This document shows, piece after piece, positions 1-9,976 of a stretch of 64,000 bases of DNA. The DNA is from a virus. Taxonomy: Duplodnaviria > Caudoviricetes. The translations under genes were made by a program, and so were the position numbers. The stretch is from positions 64,001 through 128,000 of IMG/VR virus record IMGVR_UViG_3300027917_000018. One strand, written 5' to 3'. Below the pieces are notes generated by a model that saw nothing but the letters and a program-made list of their open reading frames with translations, made no database searches and was not told where the DNA came from. Within the stretch, counting starts at the first letter, position 1. Each line of letters opens with the position of its first letter.

Positions 1-2
1 CC

Positions 3-353
3 ATTATTTGGGATGACGCCTCGATGTGGAACGCGTCAGCGACGCCAACGCCAGGCTTCAATGTGCTCGGCGTTGACGCCTACATGCTTAACTGGAGCCT
101 CGGCCAGAATTCTCCTTTGGTCATTCCGGCGGGCGTCTCGCTGGAAATTGGTTTGGGGTTCTGGTCGGTGAGCAGCTACCAGGGAACGGCTTATCAGCAA
201 ATCGTGGGCGACGGCGTGACCGAGAACAAATTCTACGGTCAGACCAGGTTCACTGGGTTCACATCGGTTGCGATGCACCCTGTTTTCAGGCACAACCACA
301 CATCTCCCATTGCCGTGGGCCAGCCTTATTGGAGCATCTATCGTTTCACCTAG
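3..353 (+). CDS. Hypothetical protein, 5'-truncated by window edge (beta-rich, possibly virion-associated)
   Basis: Frame is open from base 3 (IIWDDAS-M...) to TAG 353; G/S/T/aromatic-rich. Confidence 0.55.
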   Translation: MIWDDASMWNASATPTPGFNVLGVDAYMLNWSLGQNSPLVIPAGVSLEIGLGFWSVSSYQGTAYQQIVGDGVTENKFYGQTRFTGFTSVAMHPVFRHNHTSPIAVGQPYWSIYRFT

Positions 354-904
354 ACCCAGTCCGGCAGCTGTTCGGGCCGGTAAGGCAATTGCTTCTGCTT
401 GAGCGCGACGCCCAGGCGATCACCGCGCTCCCTGAGCGAGGCTAGGAAGCCCATAATCGACTTGATGATGTGGGCTTCGGGGTCCTCCAAGCTTTCATCC
501 AGCGCCACGTAAACGGGCGGCCCACTGGCCTCCTTGCCCACCACGATTTGGATGGCGAACTCGCTTTTGATTTCGTCGGCCAGGCGGTAGATGCAGCCAC
601 CGTGTTTGGCCTTCCTACCCTGTGCCCCGACGGTCCAGGACGTGACATAGGCGACGTTCTCAGGCCGCTGAACCCGGAAATCGAGCAGAACGCCCGCGTA
701 GTGCATCGAGACGCTGTGCTCGCACTCGTAATGGGTCTGAAAGCCAAGATCGCGCAGGATGCCCGCCACGCGCTTTATTCCCGCCCTGTAGGCGTCGACG
801 CGTTCCTCGCGGGACAAGGCTCGGCGCGGCTGCGGCAGCTGATCTGAGCGAACAACAAGGCCGTTGGCGTCCGCGATCCACGTAAGCTGCTTCTGTTCAG
901 CCAT
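350..904 (-). CDS. Hypothetical protein
   Basis: 184-aa ORF with GC3-biased codons; GTTCT motif 7 nt before ATG. Confidence 0.7.
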   Translation of the reverse strand: MAEQKQLTWIADANGLVVRSDQLPQPRRALSREERVDAYRAGIKRVAGILRDLGFQTHYECEHSVSMHYAGVLLDFRVQRPENVAYVTSWTVGAQGRKAKHGGCIYRLADEIKSEFAIQIVVGKEASGPPVYVALDESLEDPEAHIIKSIMGFLASLRERGDRLGVALKQKQLPYRPEQLPDWV

Positions 905-916
905 ACCCTATAGAAC

Positions 917-946
917 AAAAAGCCGTCTCCCCGGAGGAAGACGGCT
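917..946 (-). terminator. Intrinsic terminator for the 968-1480 gene
   Basis: Stem AGCCGTCT (921-928)/AGACGGCT (939-946) followed on minus strand by T-tract (A917-921). Confidence 0.7.
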
Positions 947-967
947 GTGTGAAGACTGCTAACCAGA

Positions 968-1480
968 TTACTGGTAGCGCGGATCGGCGGTCGGGTCGAT
1001 GGCACCACTGCCAGAATTGACCGAACCCCACTTCTTCCGCAGCTCGGGCGGCGCAAACGCGTCGTCCACAGTCCAGCCACGGCGTCCGACGGCGACCAGG
1101 TCGATCTGCGCTCCACGGATGTCACCCTTGTTGTGGATGACCGCCGTGATGTTCGCAGTGGTGGACGTGACGTATTTGCTCACTCCACCCACGGTGACCG
1201 TCGCGGCAACGCCGGAGCCGAAAAAGCCGACCCGCCTTGAGAGCAGGTTGTAGCTGATCGTCCGTTTGCCACGGGCAGCGACCGAGTACTGGGCACCAAC
1301 GTTCGCATAGCCGGACGGCGAGGTCGTTCCGTCGTACCGGCGCAGCTGGAAGGCCAGCGCAATATCACCAGTATTCTCGACAAGGAAGTCGACCGCACCG
1401 AGCCGTTCGTTTGCGGCCTGGGCGTAGCCACGCAAGGTGGTTGCGTCATTGCCGAAACCGATTGAGCTTAGTTGGTTCAT
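968..1480 (-). CDS. Hypothetical, likely virion structural protein
   Basis: ORF from ATG 1480 (MNQLSS...); beta-strand/Gly-Thr-rich; followed by terminator. Confidence 0.65.
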   Translation of the reverse strand: MNQLSSIGFGNDATTLRGYAQAANERLGAVDFLVENTGDIALAFQLRRYDGTTSPSGYANVGAQYSVAARGKRTISYNLLSRRVGFFGSGVAATVTVGGVSKYVTSTTANITAVIHNKGDIRGAQIDLVAVGRRGWTVDDAFAPPELRKKWGSVNSGSGAIDPTADPRYQ

Positions 1481-1620
1481 ACTTTGTTCCTGTTGGTTTC
1501 TGTTGCCCGCCACTCAGCGAGCTGTTGTTCACGCTAAAAACCTGGTAACGGGCCTCGGTGCTTCCTTCGATTGAACTTCAATTGTTAAAGTTGGCGGCCC
1601 GTAACAGCGAGTGCGATCCG

Positions 1621-2658
1621 TTATTCCGCTTCAACCAGCTCCAAGCCAAGTTCCACTAGCTCCTCGGGCTCGATTTCGATGTTGCGGGTTCCAGGCGGCA
1701 CGCGCTCTGTGTAGCGCCGCATCACGTCCTCCCTGGACCAAAGTTTTTGCGCATCGGCGGCCTTGGCGACTTCGGTCGGAAGCTCGAAGCTGTAGACCGG
1801 TTCGGCGCGGCCCATCAGTGGATGAGCGTAGAACGCTTCCGCCTCGTCCGAATTGGCCAACAGGACCTGGAAGCGGTCTTCGCTTTTATCGCTCGCCTCC
1901 TTGCGCCAGGTATCGAAATCGACCACGCGATAGCGCGGGTAGCCAGGCAGCGGGACCCAGGTGATGTCGAAGGTATCCAGGTCAAAGACGGCCACGCGCT
2001 TGTCTTCGTCGCGTTCCCCGAAGTCCTGCTGGAACGGGCTCCCCACGTAGAAGCCTGATTTGCCGACTTTCTGCGGCTTGTGGATGTGTCCCAGGAATGT
2101 GACGCTGAAAGGCTTGAGCGCTGCCGCTGGAATGCCAGTTACGGCCTGGCCGCTGTTGAGCAAGCTGCCGACGACCTGGAAATGGCCGAGCAGCACGGAA
2201 TCGCGTCCGTGTACTTTGTGCCCGGTGTGCTTCAGCCAGTCGGTAAGGACACCGTCCGTCGACGGAAACGCGGCGCAGGCAATATAGAGGTCGTCAAACT
2301 CAATCAGGTCCGTGCGGTCGACGATCCGAAACGTTTTCCTAAACATTCTGCCGACGTGGACGGTGGTGTCGCGCAGGTACTGCTCGTGGTTGCCGATCAG
2401 CTTGATGTTCAGGTCGTGGGTCGGGAACGGCTCCAGGCCCTCCATGACCGCGTCGATCGCGGGGACGGGCAAGGAACTGCGGTCATCGGTCGTGTCCCCG
2501 AGGTCCCACAGGCAGTCGCAGCGGTGTTCCTCAAAGACGGCGTGGAGGTCCCGGTAGAACTTGCGCACGCGCATCAGCTGGAGCGGCACGTTGGCATCGA
2601 GAAAGGACATTTCATGCCCGTCGGTGGCCTGGAGGTCGGTGTAAATCAGGGCTTTCAT
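1621..2658 (-). CDS. Mre11/SbcD-family metallophosphoesterase nuclease (T4 gp47-like)
   Basis: Motifs D-L-Q, LGD, GNHE, GHFQ, GHIH and GSPFQQDFGE. Confidence 0.9.
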   Translation of the reverse strand: MKALIYTDLQATDGHEMSFLDANVPLQLMRVRKFYRDLHAVFEEHRCDCLWDLGDTTDDRSSLPVPAIDAVMEGLEPFPTHDLNIKLIGNHEQYLRDTTVHVGRMFRKTFRIVDRTDLIEFDDLYIACAAFPSTDGVLTDWLKHTGHKVHGRDSVLLGHFQVVGSLLNSGQAVTGIPAAALKPFSVTFLGHIHKPQKVGKSGFYVGSPFQQDFGERDEDKRVAVFDLDTFDITWVPLPGYPRYRVVDFDTWRKEASDKSEDRFQVLLANSDEAEAFYAHPLMGRAEPVYSFELPTEVAKAADAQKLWSREDVMRRYTERVPPGTRNIEIEPEELVELGLELVEAE

Positions 2659-2939
2659 GAATTTGGTTTACGGCACGGGCCGCCTGGCTTAAAAAGGAGC
2701 GTGCCCGCGCTTCGACATAAGAGAAGAACGGCGGAAGCGTTGACGTTGGGCGAATTGATCACGGCGGCTTACTCCCTCTTTCCAGAGCCCATCGCGGCCT
2801 GGCTGTTGCGGGAAATGATGCGCCGTGGCTCCATCAAGCGCCTTGCCTGAATACCGTTGACGTAATTGACGTACCGTTTTTTAAGACGCAAACCCCAGGC
2901 TCCACCGATAGCGTTCTATAAGGTGCGGAGCTAAGGGTG

Positions 2940-3095
2940 ATGCGACTCTACACGCTTCAAGTCAACAACGAGACCGTGATCCAGGTCGACGCGGAGCTTC
3001 CGAGCTGGTTGCCAAGAAGGCCCCGGCTCAACCTTCGGTGGCTTAGGAACCTGCTGGCGTCGTCTCTGCGTGAGCTGCTCTTGGATGCCGCGTAG
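2940..3095 (+). CDS. Small hypothetical protein (51 aa), not in ORF track
   Basis: ATG 2940 to TAG 3095; stop overlaps the GTAGTTA motif of the next gene. Confidence 0.4.
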   Translation: MRLYTLQVNNETVIQVDAELPSWLPRRPRLNLRWLRNLLASSLRELLLDAA

Positions 3096-3102
3096 TTAAG
3101 GC

Positions 3103-3474
3103 ATGAATCTGAAGCAGCTGGCTCAGCTGTTGATTGAGGGACCGAATGCTGCCGAGCAGGCTCCTGAAATCGACAAGAAGATCGCGGTTTTCCTCAACCG
3201 CGTGCTGCTGCGGCATTGGAATACGCCCAGTTTCCTCTCCTTCCTCAAAGACGTGGCGATGTTCCCGAAGGACGATGAAAGCGGCCAAGTCGTAATCCAA
3301 TTCGTTTACAATCGCCTGCCCGAGGAAGCGATCCCTTCCCTGGCCCGTTTGCTGGCTTCGCCTTCGGACCCCAAGTACTCGCGGTTTGTCGACAACGGCC
3401 AAGCCTATACCGGCGTTGAGCTGTGCGTTAAGCCGGATGACTTCGGCGGCGAGGAATACGACTACGCTTACTGA
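3103..3474 (+). CDS. Hypothetical protein with N-terminal LAQLLIEG peptide
   Basis: 123-aa ORF; GTAGTTA at 3092-3098. Confidence 0.7.
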   Translation: MNLKQLAQLLIEGPNAAEQAPEIDKKIAVFLNRVLLRHWNTPSFLSFLKDVAMFPKDDESGQVVIQFVYNRLPEEAIPSLARLLASPSDPKYSRFVDNGQAYTGVELCVKPDDFGGEEYDYAY

Positions 3475-3485
3475 CGTAAACGAAA

Positions 3486-3794
3486 ATGAGCGCGGTCGCA
3501 AAGAGGATCATGGGCACGTACATCGCGGACGCGGCCCTTCCTATTTCTTCCACACGGGCTTGGCTCCAGACTCAGATGCGGCAAGGCGTCCTGCGGGGCG
3601 TCATCGAGAGGTTTGTCCGGGAGCAGCCCGAGGACTTGGACGCAGGCTTGGTGCTCGTGGAAAAAGTGGATGAATCCGTGGTAGTTGGGCGGATTCCGTG
3701 CTACGCCTACGATCACGAGAATCCGCACCCGTTTCGCACGGAAGTCCGGTTTAGCCTGGACTTGGCCAGGCGCGCCTTCACCCGGCTGGTGTAG
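3486..3794 (+). CDS. Hypothetical protein
   Basis: 102-aa ORF directly downstream, same strand. Confidence 0.6.
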   Translation: MSAVAKRIMGTYIADAALPISSTRAWLQTQMRQGVLRGVIERFVREQPEDLDAGLVLVEKVDESVVVGRIPCYAYDHENPHPFRTEVRFSLDLARRAFTRLV

Positions 3795-4029
3795 CCACCG
3801 CCGCCTTGGCCACTTCGACTTCGTAGGTGGTCTTTCGGGCTTTCTCAGTTTTCCAGCGGAGTCGCCCCATCGCGTAGTCCATCGCCAATTTGCGGCACAT
3901 GTCGAACGCGCTGCGCACGCCCTGGATGTCCGTTTTGTCCTGGTCGTAGGCTTTCTCGAAGAGGGCGTACTCTTCAGGGGTTAGCCGGAACGCGACCACT
4001 TTGCTCTTGATGACTTTGCCGTTTGCCAT
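3778..4029 (-). CDS. Ribbon-helix-helix-like DNA-binding protein
   Basis: KVVAFRLTPEEYALFEKA beta-strand/helix pattern; GTTCT motif 7 nt before ATG. Confidence 0.55.
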   Translation of the reverse strand: MANGKVIKSKVVAFRLTPEEYALFEKAYDQDKTDIQGVRSAFDMCRKLAMDYAMGRLRWKTEKARKTTYEVEVAKAAVATPAG

Positions 4030-4079
4030 GCTTGGTAGAACGGCATTTTCCAGTTCTTATGTCTCGGTAGTTAAAGCAA

Positions 4080-5999
4080 ATGGCACAGACCATCGGAACC
4101 AATCTTCTGCGCTACTTGGGCATGGTCGGCTCGACTGGCGTAAACACGGGGCGGCTTGTACCTCCTGCGGCCAGCGCCATCGCCAATCAGTTCCTTTTCA
4201 GGGAATTCGAGGAATCGGGCGCGGTGGCCGACCCCGACATCTGGACCAAGTACAACAGCGTCATGAAGCGTCCGACGACCTTCGACGCGATGCTCCAGCT
4301 GTGGGAAGAAATGGCCGATTGGGACCTGATGCACGCCGCTTTGGTCGAGGTCGTGGATGAGGCGACCGCCGTGGATATTACCAGCCCAGGCGCGATTTGG
4401 TACCAGTGCAACGACAAGGCTTTTGAGGACGAGCTGAACAGCCTGCTGGTCAAGGTGGATGCGGAGACCATCATTCGCAGCCAGGTCTGGCACGTTGCCG
4501 CCGTCGGAAACCACTTTGAGAAGATCGAGTACGCCCCGGTGGAGGGCGTGTTGGGGCTGTCCTTCGTTCATCCGATGGACATGCGGCGGTATTGGCTGGA
4601 GCGGAACCGGAAGTGCATCGGCTTTAAGTGGGCTGGGCACCGCCCGGACAAGGAGCCGGTGTTTGTTGGGCCGGACAACCAGACGCCGGTTGAGCGCGTC
4701 GCGCTTTCCACAGGCCAAAACGTTGAGGAATTGTGGTATCCGTGGGATTTCCTGCACATGCGCCGGATGTACCGGCTGCGCATTTCCGAACACGGCGAGC
4801 CCCTCTTCGCCGAGGCCGAGGGCATCTACAAGAAGCTACGGATCGCCATTGACCAGATGGTGGTTCACCGTGCCCAGGTTCAGCCCGACCGCTACGCCAT
4901 CAACATCGACGTTCAGGAGCAGCCTCCGGCAGAGCAGATGCGCACGGTCCAGCGGTGGAAGCAGCAGCTTCGGGCGAAGCTGGCGTTCGGCCAAACTGGA
5001 AACGTAAACAGTTTGAACGCGCCCACGGACTTCAGCAGCTACTACAACGCCTGGGCGCTGGACACCATCCTCTACGTGGCCCAGCCCAAGGGCTTCAATC
5101 ACGTGGTCAACAAGCTTCAGGGCACGCAGCAAGTCCCTGACGTTTACGATATTGAGCTGCTCACCGACCTTTTCTACAGCATCATCGGCATGCCGCGTTC
5201 CTGGTTTGGCGGCCAAAAGGAGGGCCAGACTTCACCGTCGGGCAAGGCGCTCCTGGCCCAGGACATCCGGTTCCTGCGCAAGATCAAGTCCATTCGAGCG
5301 CCCATCATCCAGGCGTACGTGTGGCTGGCCTACTTCCACGCAGTCCTCAAGGGCAAGGACATCCGGGAGCTGGACATCAAGGTCCTCATGCCGCCCATCG
5401 GGAGCTTGGAGGACCAGATGAAGCTGGAGATGCTCAAGCTCCAAACTGAAGTCCTGTCCGAGCTGGCCGACGTGATGCAGAAGTACAACCTGCCGCAGGA
5501 AGCCTGGGTCGAGACGGTTTTCAAGCGCTACATGCACCTGCCGGATGAGGTCGTGAACATGTTCATCACGGCCATGCCGCTGCCGTCGGAATCCTCCGAT
5601 GTGACGGGCGGCCCGGCGGAAGGCCGCAAGCCCGCGCCCAGGGTTGGAAAGCTCATCCAGGAGGCTGAAGCCCTGGCGGACAAGAATCCCAGGCTGCGCC
5701 AACTGCTGGGTCAGATGCGCGAGGCGCAATGGGGTGTCAATGTCACGGATGTCAACCGGGCCGTGCTCCGCCGCTTCAAGACTCGCGACGATGTCGCCCT
5801 TGCGCCGCAGCTTAAGGAGAACGATCTGATCATCAGTTCCTTTGGCAAGCACCCGCTCGAACTCAAACGCGTAAACGGAAATGGTTCGAGCCAGGGGCGT
5901 ATGTCTTTGACCGAGCAGTTGCAGGAAGGCATCACCCAGGGCGAGCCGGTCGCCCAGCCTAATGGCGGTTGGCGGCAATTCTATCCTGAGAAGTTCTGA
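4080..5999 (+). CDS. Portal protein (T4 gp20-like) with C-terminal extension
   Basis: YKKLRIAIDQMVVHRAQVQPDRYAINIDV and LLAQDIRFLRKI resemble gp20 conserved blocks; context next to gp25-like gene; GTAGTTA at 4067-4073. Confidence 0.85.
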   Translation: MAQTIGTNLLRYLGMVGSTGVNTGRLVPPAASAIANQFLFREFEESGAVADPDIWTKYNSVMKRPTTFDAMLQLWEEMADWDLMHAALVEVVDEATAVDITSPGAIWYQCNDKAFEDELNSLLVKVDAETIIRSQVWHVAAVGNHFEKIEYAPVEGVLGLSFVHPMDMRRYWLERNRKCIGFKWAGHRPDKEPVFVGPDNQTPVERVALSTGQNVEELWYPWDFLHMRRMYRLRISEHGEPLFAEAEGIYKKLRIAIDQMVVHRAQVQPDRYAINIDVQEQPPAEQMRTVQRWKQQLRAKLAFGQTGNVNSLNAPTDFSSYYNAWALDTILYVAQPKGFNHVVNKLQGTQQVPDVYDIELLTDLFYSIIGMPRSWFGGQKEGQTSPSGKALLAQDIRFLRKIKSIRAPIIQAYVWLAYFHAVLKGKDIRELDIKVLMPPIGSLEDQMKLEMLKLQTEVLSELADVMQKYNLPQEAWVETVFKRYMHLPDEVVNMFITAMPLPSESSDVTGGPAEGRKPAPRVGKLIQEAEALADKNPRLRQLLGQMREAQWGVNVTDVNRAVLRRFKTRDDVALAPQLKENDLIISSFGKHPLELKRVNGNGSSQGRMSLTEQLQEGITQGEPVAQPNGGWRQFYPEKF

Positions 6000-6748
6000 T
6001 GGCCTTGAGGATTTACGACGCGGGCGGCACGGACATTCTGGCCAACAAGCCAGCGGAGGTCACCTTTCGGATTCCGAGCGGCACCTATGCGGTGGCCGTC
6101 TATGCCGAAATCGTGGAGGATGACCTGTGTCTGCCCTACCGGCTGCTCAAGGCAACGTTGGATTGGAATGACGGAACCCAGCCCGTCTCCTTCCCCGAGA
6201 CGAACTATTCGACCTCGCCTTTAATCGTAAACACTTCTCGCCGACTTGGGTTTGGCGCGTACGCGATCACGCTCATCGTGGAGAACAACCGCCTGCCGAT
6301 CCGTGATTCTGAAAAGATCACGTTCTATGTGAACGTAGAGCCGGTCCAGGCGACGACCGAGCAGACCAAACTGTTGCTCGGGCCGATCTTGCCGAAGGAC
6401 ACGGGATTGCCCAATCGGCAGACGTGGATGTTCGACGTGGAAAACGACATCGCGCTCCTGGCCAGCTCCGTGAAAATGCTGCTGTTGACGACCAAGGGTG
6501 AGCGGGTGATGCAGCCCACCTACGGCACGAACCTGCGGCGCATATTGTTCGAGCTGAACATCGAGAGCGTGGAGTCGATCGTGCAACAGGAAATTTCGAC
6601 CGCCCTTGCCGCCTGGGAGCCTCGGGTGGTGATTCAAAGCCTTGGAATCACCCGGTACCCCAATGAGCGCAAAGTCGAGGTCCTAGCGTCCTTCCTGGCG
6701 AGAACTGCGGCCCAGCCTTTCGAGGTTCAGTTGAGCTTTGGCTCCTGA
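5999..6748 (+). CDS. Baseplate wedge subunit, gp25/GPW-like, with N-terminal PKD-like domain
   Basis: SVKMLLLTTKGERVMQPTYGTNLRRILFE...AWEPRV is the typical gp25 signature; LDWNDG PKD-like strand. Confidence 0.85.
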   Translation: MALRIYDAGGTDILANKPAEVTFRIPSGTYAVAVYAEIVEDDLCLPYRLLKATLDWNDGTQPVSFPETNYSTSPLIVNTSRRLGFGAYAITLIVENNRLPIRDSEKITFYVNVEPVQATTEQTKLLLGPILPKDTGLPNRQTWMFDVENDIALLASSVKMLLLTTKGERVMQPTYGTNLRRILFELNIESVESIVQQEISTALAAWEPRVVIQSLGITRYPNERKVEVLASFLARTAAQPFEVQLSFGS

Positions 6749-7077
6749 TGGGCAAACGCAACGTAGTCACCCGTCGAGACTTCATCCGCAAGTTCATGGA
6801 CTGCGGATTGACGTTCGACCAGGCGTGCCGCTGCTACACCGGCATGGTCTCGGTGTTCGAGGACGCCGTTGTGCGCGCCGAGAAGATCGGCATTGGCCGC
6901 GTAGGTTGCCTCACGCCCACCATTTGCCCTCCACGAGACGTGGTCATGGGATTTCAGCGCGGAAAAGGCGGCAAGGTCGTTCGGACCAAGCGCCTCTACC
7001 ACTTGGATGAAAGAGTCAAATACCGGTTCACCCTGTACCGGGAATTCAAAACGAAACACGGCCTTCAGGGTAGTTAA
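6748..7077 (+). CDS. HU/IHF-like DNA-binding protein
   Basis: Two N-terminal helices then IGIGRVGCL and basic beta-arm; 109 aa. Confidence 0.65.
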   Translation: MGKRNVVTRRDFIRKFMDCGLTFDQACRCYTGMVSVFEDAVVRAEKIGIGRVGCLTPTICPPRDVVMGFQRGKGGKVVRTKRLYHLDERVKYRFTLYREFKTKHGLQGS

Positions 7078-7080
7078 GAC

Positions 7081-8547
7081 ATGAGCGACATCCGCCCACT
7101 TGATTTGCCGACCGCTGCCGGTATGGACTTCGGCTCGGGAGACGTGCGCCATTTCAGCGAAGACGACGCCGTAAACGTGCCGGGGCTCCAAAACCCGACG
7201 CGGATGCTCGCGGAGCGCGATAATCTGATCGCGGTCAAGCTCAACGAGGTCGTCACGGAGGTCAACAACAAGGAGCAGGTTGTCCCGCTGCCCATTCCGC
7301 GCACCGGTATTCCGTCCTCGACCGAAGAGGTTGTCTTCAATTTCAAAATTCCCGACGGCTTTGAGGCCCGCATTCTGAGCGCCGCCATCGGCAGCAGCCC
7401 CGTCACGACCGACCTGACCCTCAAGATTTACTTCAGCACCGGCTACGGCAACACCACTGGAACTGAGCTGGTCTCGACCACTGGCTCTTTCGACAGTGGC
7501 GTGGCCTTTTACAACACGGGCGAGTTCATCGTCGCCGTGGTCAACGATGGCAGCCAAAGCCTCGACGCCGTGGCCAGCGTGATCCTAACGGTCCGTCCGA
7601 TGGGCTCCGAGGCCAGTCTCCTGGTCGGCAGCATCATTCGGGGTGCTCGCGGCTATACGGGCGGTAGGGGCGACAAGGGCGACAAGGGTGATCCGGGCGT
7701 TGGCGGCGCTGGCACGCCTGGCCTTTCCTGGGCCGGAACTTTCTCCTCCGCAACCAGCTACAATCCTCCCCAGGCGGTTTATTACACACGCGAGAACGGA
7801 TCGACCGAAAGCTACATCGCGATTGCGGCCAATCCGTCCCCGGCCAAGCACCCGACCGACTCGGCTTATTGGGACCCGCTGGCGGCGGGTGCGGCGGCAG
7901 TGCTGACGTGGCGCGGGCCTTGGACCTCGGGGCAAAACTACTATCTGAACGACGCGGTTAAGCACAACGGGTCCTCTTACATCTGCATTCAGACGGTCAT
8001 CAACAGTACCGTCAACCCGGCCACGGATACGACAAATTTTGACCTCCTGGCCGAAGCCGGTACCGATGGCACCGACGGCACTTCAGTCTCCTTTGCCAGC
8101 CAGCCTGTTGGTTTCCCGGCGGCGGACGGCGGCAGCCTCGCCTCCACCGCTCCGGCGGAGGGCGACTACGAGCTGATCAATGTTGGCGGTTTGCCCGGAA
8201 CGATCACCGGCAAAGCCACGGAGTACTGCATCCTGGGCGGGCCGGACGACAGCTACCCTGGCCGTTACGTGATCATGAACGGGGCCTTCCTGGCGAAGTT
8301 CGTGGGCACGCTCAGCATCACCATGCCGGTGTCCTACTACACCCAGCAGCAGTACACCCAAAGCAATGTCCAGGTGACCGCTACCGCTCAGGGCGATCAG
8401 CCCGTGCCGTTCCCTTCACCGGCAGGAACGCACGCGGGCGGGGTGCGGATCGATTGGCCGTCCTCGACGCAGGTCGACATCATTGTGACCGAGACCGTGG
8501 GAGAGCAAAAGGTCGTCGTCAATGCGACGGGATTTCAGATAGCCTGA
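7081..8547 (+). CDS. Fibre-like virion protein with collagen triplets and two carbohydrate-binding-like repeats
   Basis: GARGYTGGRGDKGDKGDPGVGGAGTPG (G-x-y x9); WxGxF/W-x4-Y-x4-V-x3-GSxY repeats; GTAGTTA at 7070-7076. Confidence 0.75.
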   Translation: MSDIRPLDLPTAAGMDFGSGDVRHFSEDDAVNVPGLQNPTRMLAERDNLIAVKLNEVVTEVNNKEQVVPLPIPRTGIPSSTEEVVFNFKIPDGFEARILSAAIGSSPVTTDLTLKIYFSTGYGNTTGTELVSTTGSFDSGVAFYNTGEFIVAVVNDGSQSLDAVASVILTVRPMGSEASLLVGSIIRGARGYTGGRGDKGDKGDPGVGGAGTPGLSWAGTFSSATSYNPPQAVYYTRENGSTESYIAIAANPSPAKHPTDSAYWDPLAAGAAAVLTWRGPWTSGQNYYLNDAVKHNGSSYICIQTVINSTVNPATDTTNFDLLAEAGTDGTDGTSVSFASQPVGFPAADGGSLASTAPAEGDYELINVGGLPGTITGKATEYCILGGPDDSYPGRYVIMNGAFLAKFVGTLSITMPVSYYTQQQYTQSNVQVTATAQGDQPVPFPSPAGTHAGGVRIDWPSSTQVDIIVTETVGEQKVVVNATGFQIA

Positions 8548-9976
8548 GCAACTGTTTGACCCAGCGAACGCCCCAGGCACAGTAGCCCAGCAGTCCGCAG
8601 ATGGGCCGGACCACGTTGAAGATCACGGTTCCGGCTAGGTTGTCTTTCGGATGCACCCCATGCAAATAGGCCATGTGGTAGGTCCACGCCTTGATGGCGG
8701 GCAGCCAAAGAAGCAAAAGCCAGTTGTGTCGGTAGAGCTGCCGCGAGAGCGGGAAAGCCCACAGCGCGTAGCCGTCCTTCACTGCGCGGCTCACGTGGCG
8801 CTGGGTGTAAATCAGGTCGGCCAAATAGATATGCTTCGGGATGTAGCCCCGGTGATAGGCCACGGTGCAGAGCCAGCTGGAGGACCGGTCCTTCATGTGG
8901 TTGTAAAACGCAGGGAAGCTAACGCTTGTGCCACCACTGTCTTCGTTGGTGATGGTTAAGCGCAAGTACCACGCGCCGCTGTCGTCACCGCCCGGTGTTC
9001 TTAGACCACATCTGAGAAAGACTTCGCCCGAAGCGTCCACAGCTTGTGCGATATAATCGTCCCCATCTGGAGGGTTATCGTCAATCTGGCACGGATTAAC
9101 GTCATCGCGGTTGGTCCAGTCAATAGGCGTCAGTCCGCAGCCGTTACCAGTTTGAAAACCTCCGCGAGGCACCCGCGTCCAATTGCCGGTGCCGATCTTG
9201 TACTCCCACAGGTAGCAAAGCGGCCTGGTTCCCTTGATTCCCGTGTACGTGAACCTGACATAACTCGGCCACGGATCGCCGCCGTCCACGTGGTAATAAA
9301 CGGTGTTGTTGCTCGTGTTGTAGTAGAAGGTGCCGTGGATTGGCGGCGCAAAGTAAACGCTCGGAGTAAGGCTACTGGTAAGGCGCGGATTCTGAAACGG
9401 ACCTCCCAGCCGGGTATCCGCCGGGATTTCCCAAACGAAGTTGTTGACCTGGATGCGCACGCGGTTGCGGCCCACGGTGTCCCCATTGCTGTCGAGGACA
9501 CTTGAGCTGAGCGCGCTTAAGGCGAAATGGGCGTTCTGCGACGACTTGCGGGTGTGCTCCAGGAGCAGGCTGTTGGTGTTGACCGCAGCCGCGCTTTCAA
9601 GCGTCACAAATTCGGTGATGAGCGTGGTGCCGATCGGCTCGTCCGAAATTGCGTCAGGCTCGACCAGTGCGCCAGTATCCTCGGGTTGGCCCGCTAAAGC
9701 CGTGTCGAGTGCTGGGGCGTAGTAGGGCTGCCCGTTGATGACGAACCGGATGAAGTTAAAAGCGTTTACGTCCGTGTTCGACCACGTGTCGCCGTTGGAG
9801 TCCTGGTAAATGCGCAGGTCATTGCCGTAGCCATCCACATAGCCCTTGACCAAAGCAACGCCGTGGCCTTTATCGAGCGGGCCATTGATGTGGTAGGCCA
9901 AGTTCTCGGCCAGGAGCGCCAGCGCCTCGTTGAATTCGCCCAGCTCACTTTGGGTTGCCAGTTGCTCGCTGCCCAT
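8519..9976 (-). CDS. Fibre-like virion protein with C-terminal WLCT...GYALWA domain
   Basis: Repeated H-x8-H/DSNGD modules; hydrophobic C-terminal domain after a Ser-rich linker. Confidence 0.65.
   Translation of the reverse strand: MGSEQLATQSELGEFNEALALLAENLAYHINGPLDKGHGVALVKGYVDGYGNDLRIYQDSNGDTWSNTDVNAFNFIRFVINGQPYYAPALDTALAGQPEDTGALVEPDAISDEPIGTTLITEFVTLESAAAVNTNSLLLEHTRKSSQNAHFALSALSSSVLDSNGDTVGRNRVRIQVNNFVWEIPADTRLGGPFQNPRLTSSLTPSVYFAPPIHGTFYYNTSNNTVYYHVDGGDPWPSYVRFTYTGIKGTRPLCYLWEYKIGTGNWTRVPRGGFQTGNGCGLTPIDWTNRDDVNPCQIDDNPPDGDDYIAQAVDASGEVFLRCGLRTPGGDDSGAWYLRLTITNEDSGGTSVSFPAFYNHMKDRSSSWLCTVAYHRGYIPKHIYLADLIYTQRHVSRAVKDGYALWAFPLSRQLYRHNWLLLLWLPAIKAWTYHMAYLHGVHPKDNLAGTVIFNVVRPICGLLGYCAWGVRWVKQLLRLSEIPSH

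Noticed and set aside
2857-2873. Tandem TTGACGTA as a promoter or operator
   Set aside because: No convincing -10 at 16-18 nt spacing and no other copies noticed.
7642-7722. Collagen-like repeat as a eukaryotic acquisition
   Set aside because: Short G-x-y runs are routine in phage fibres.
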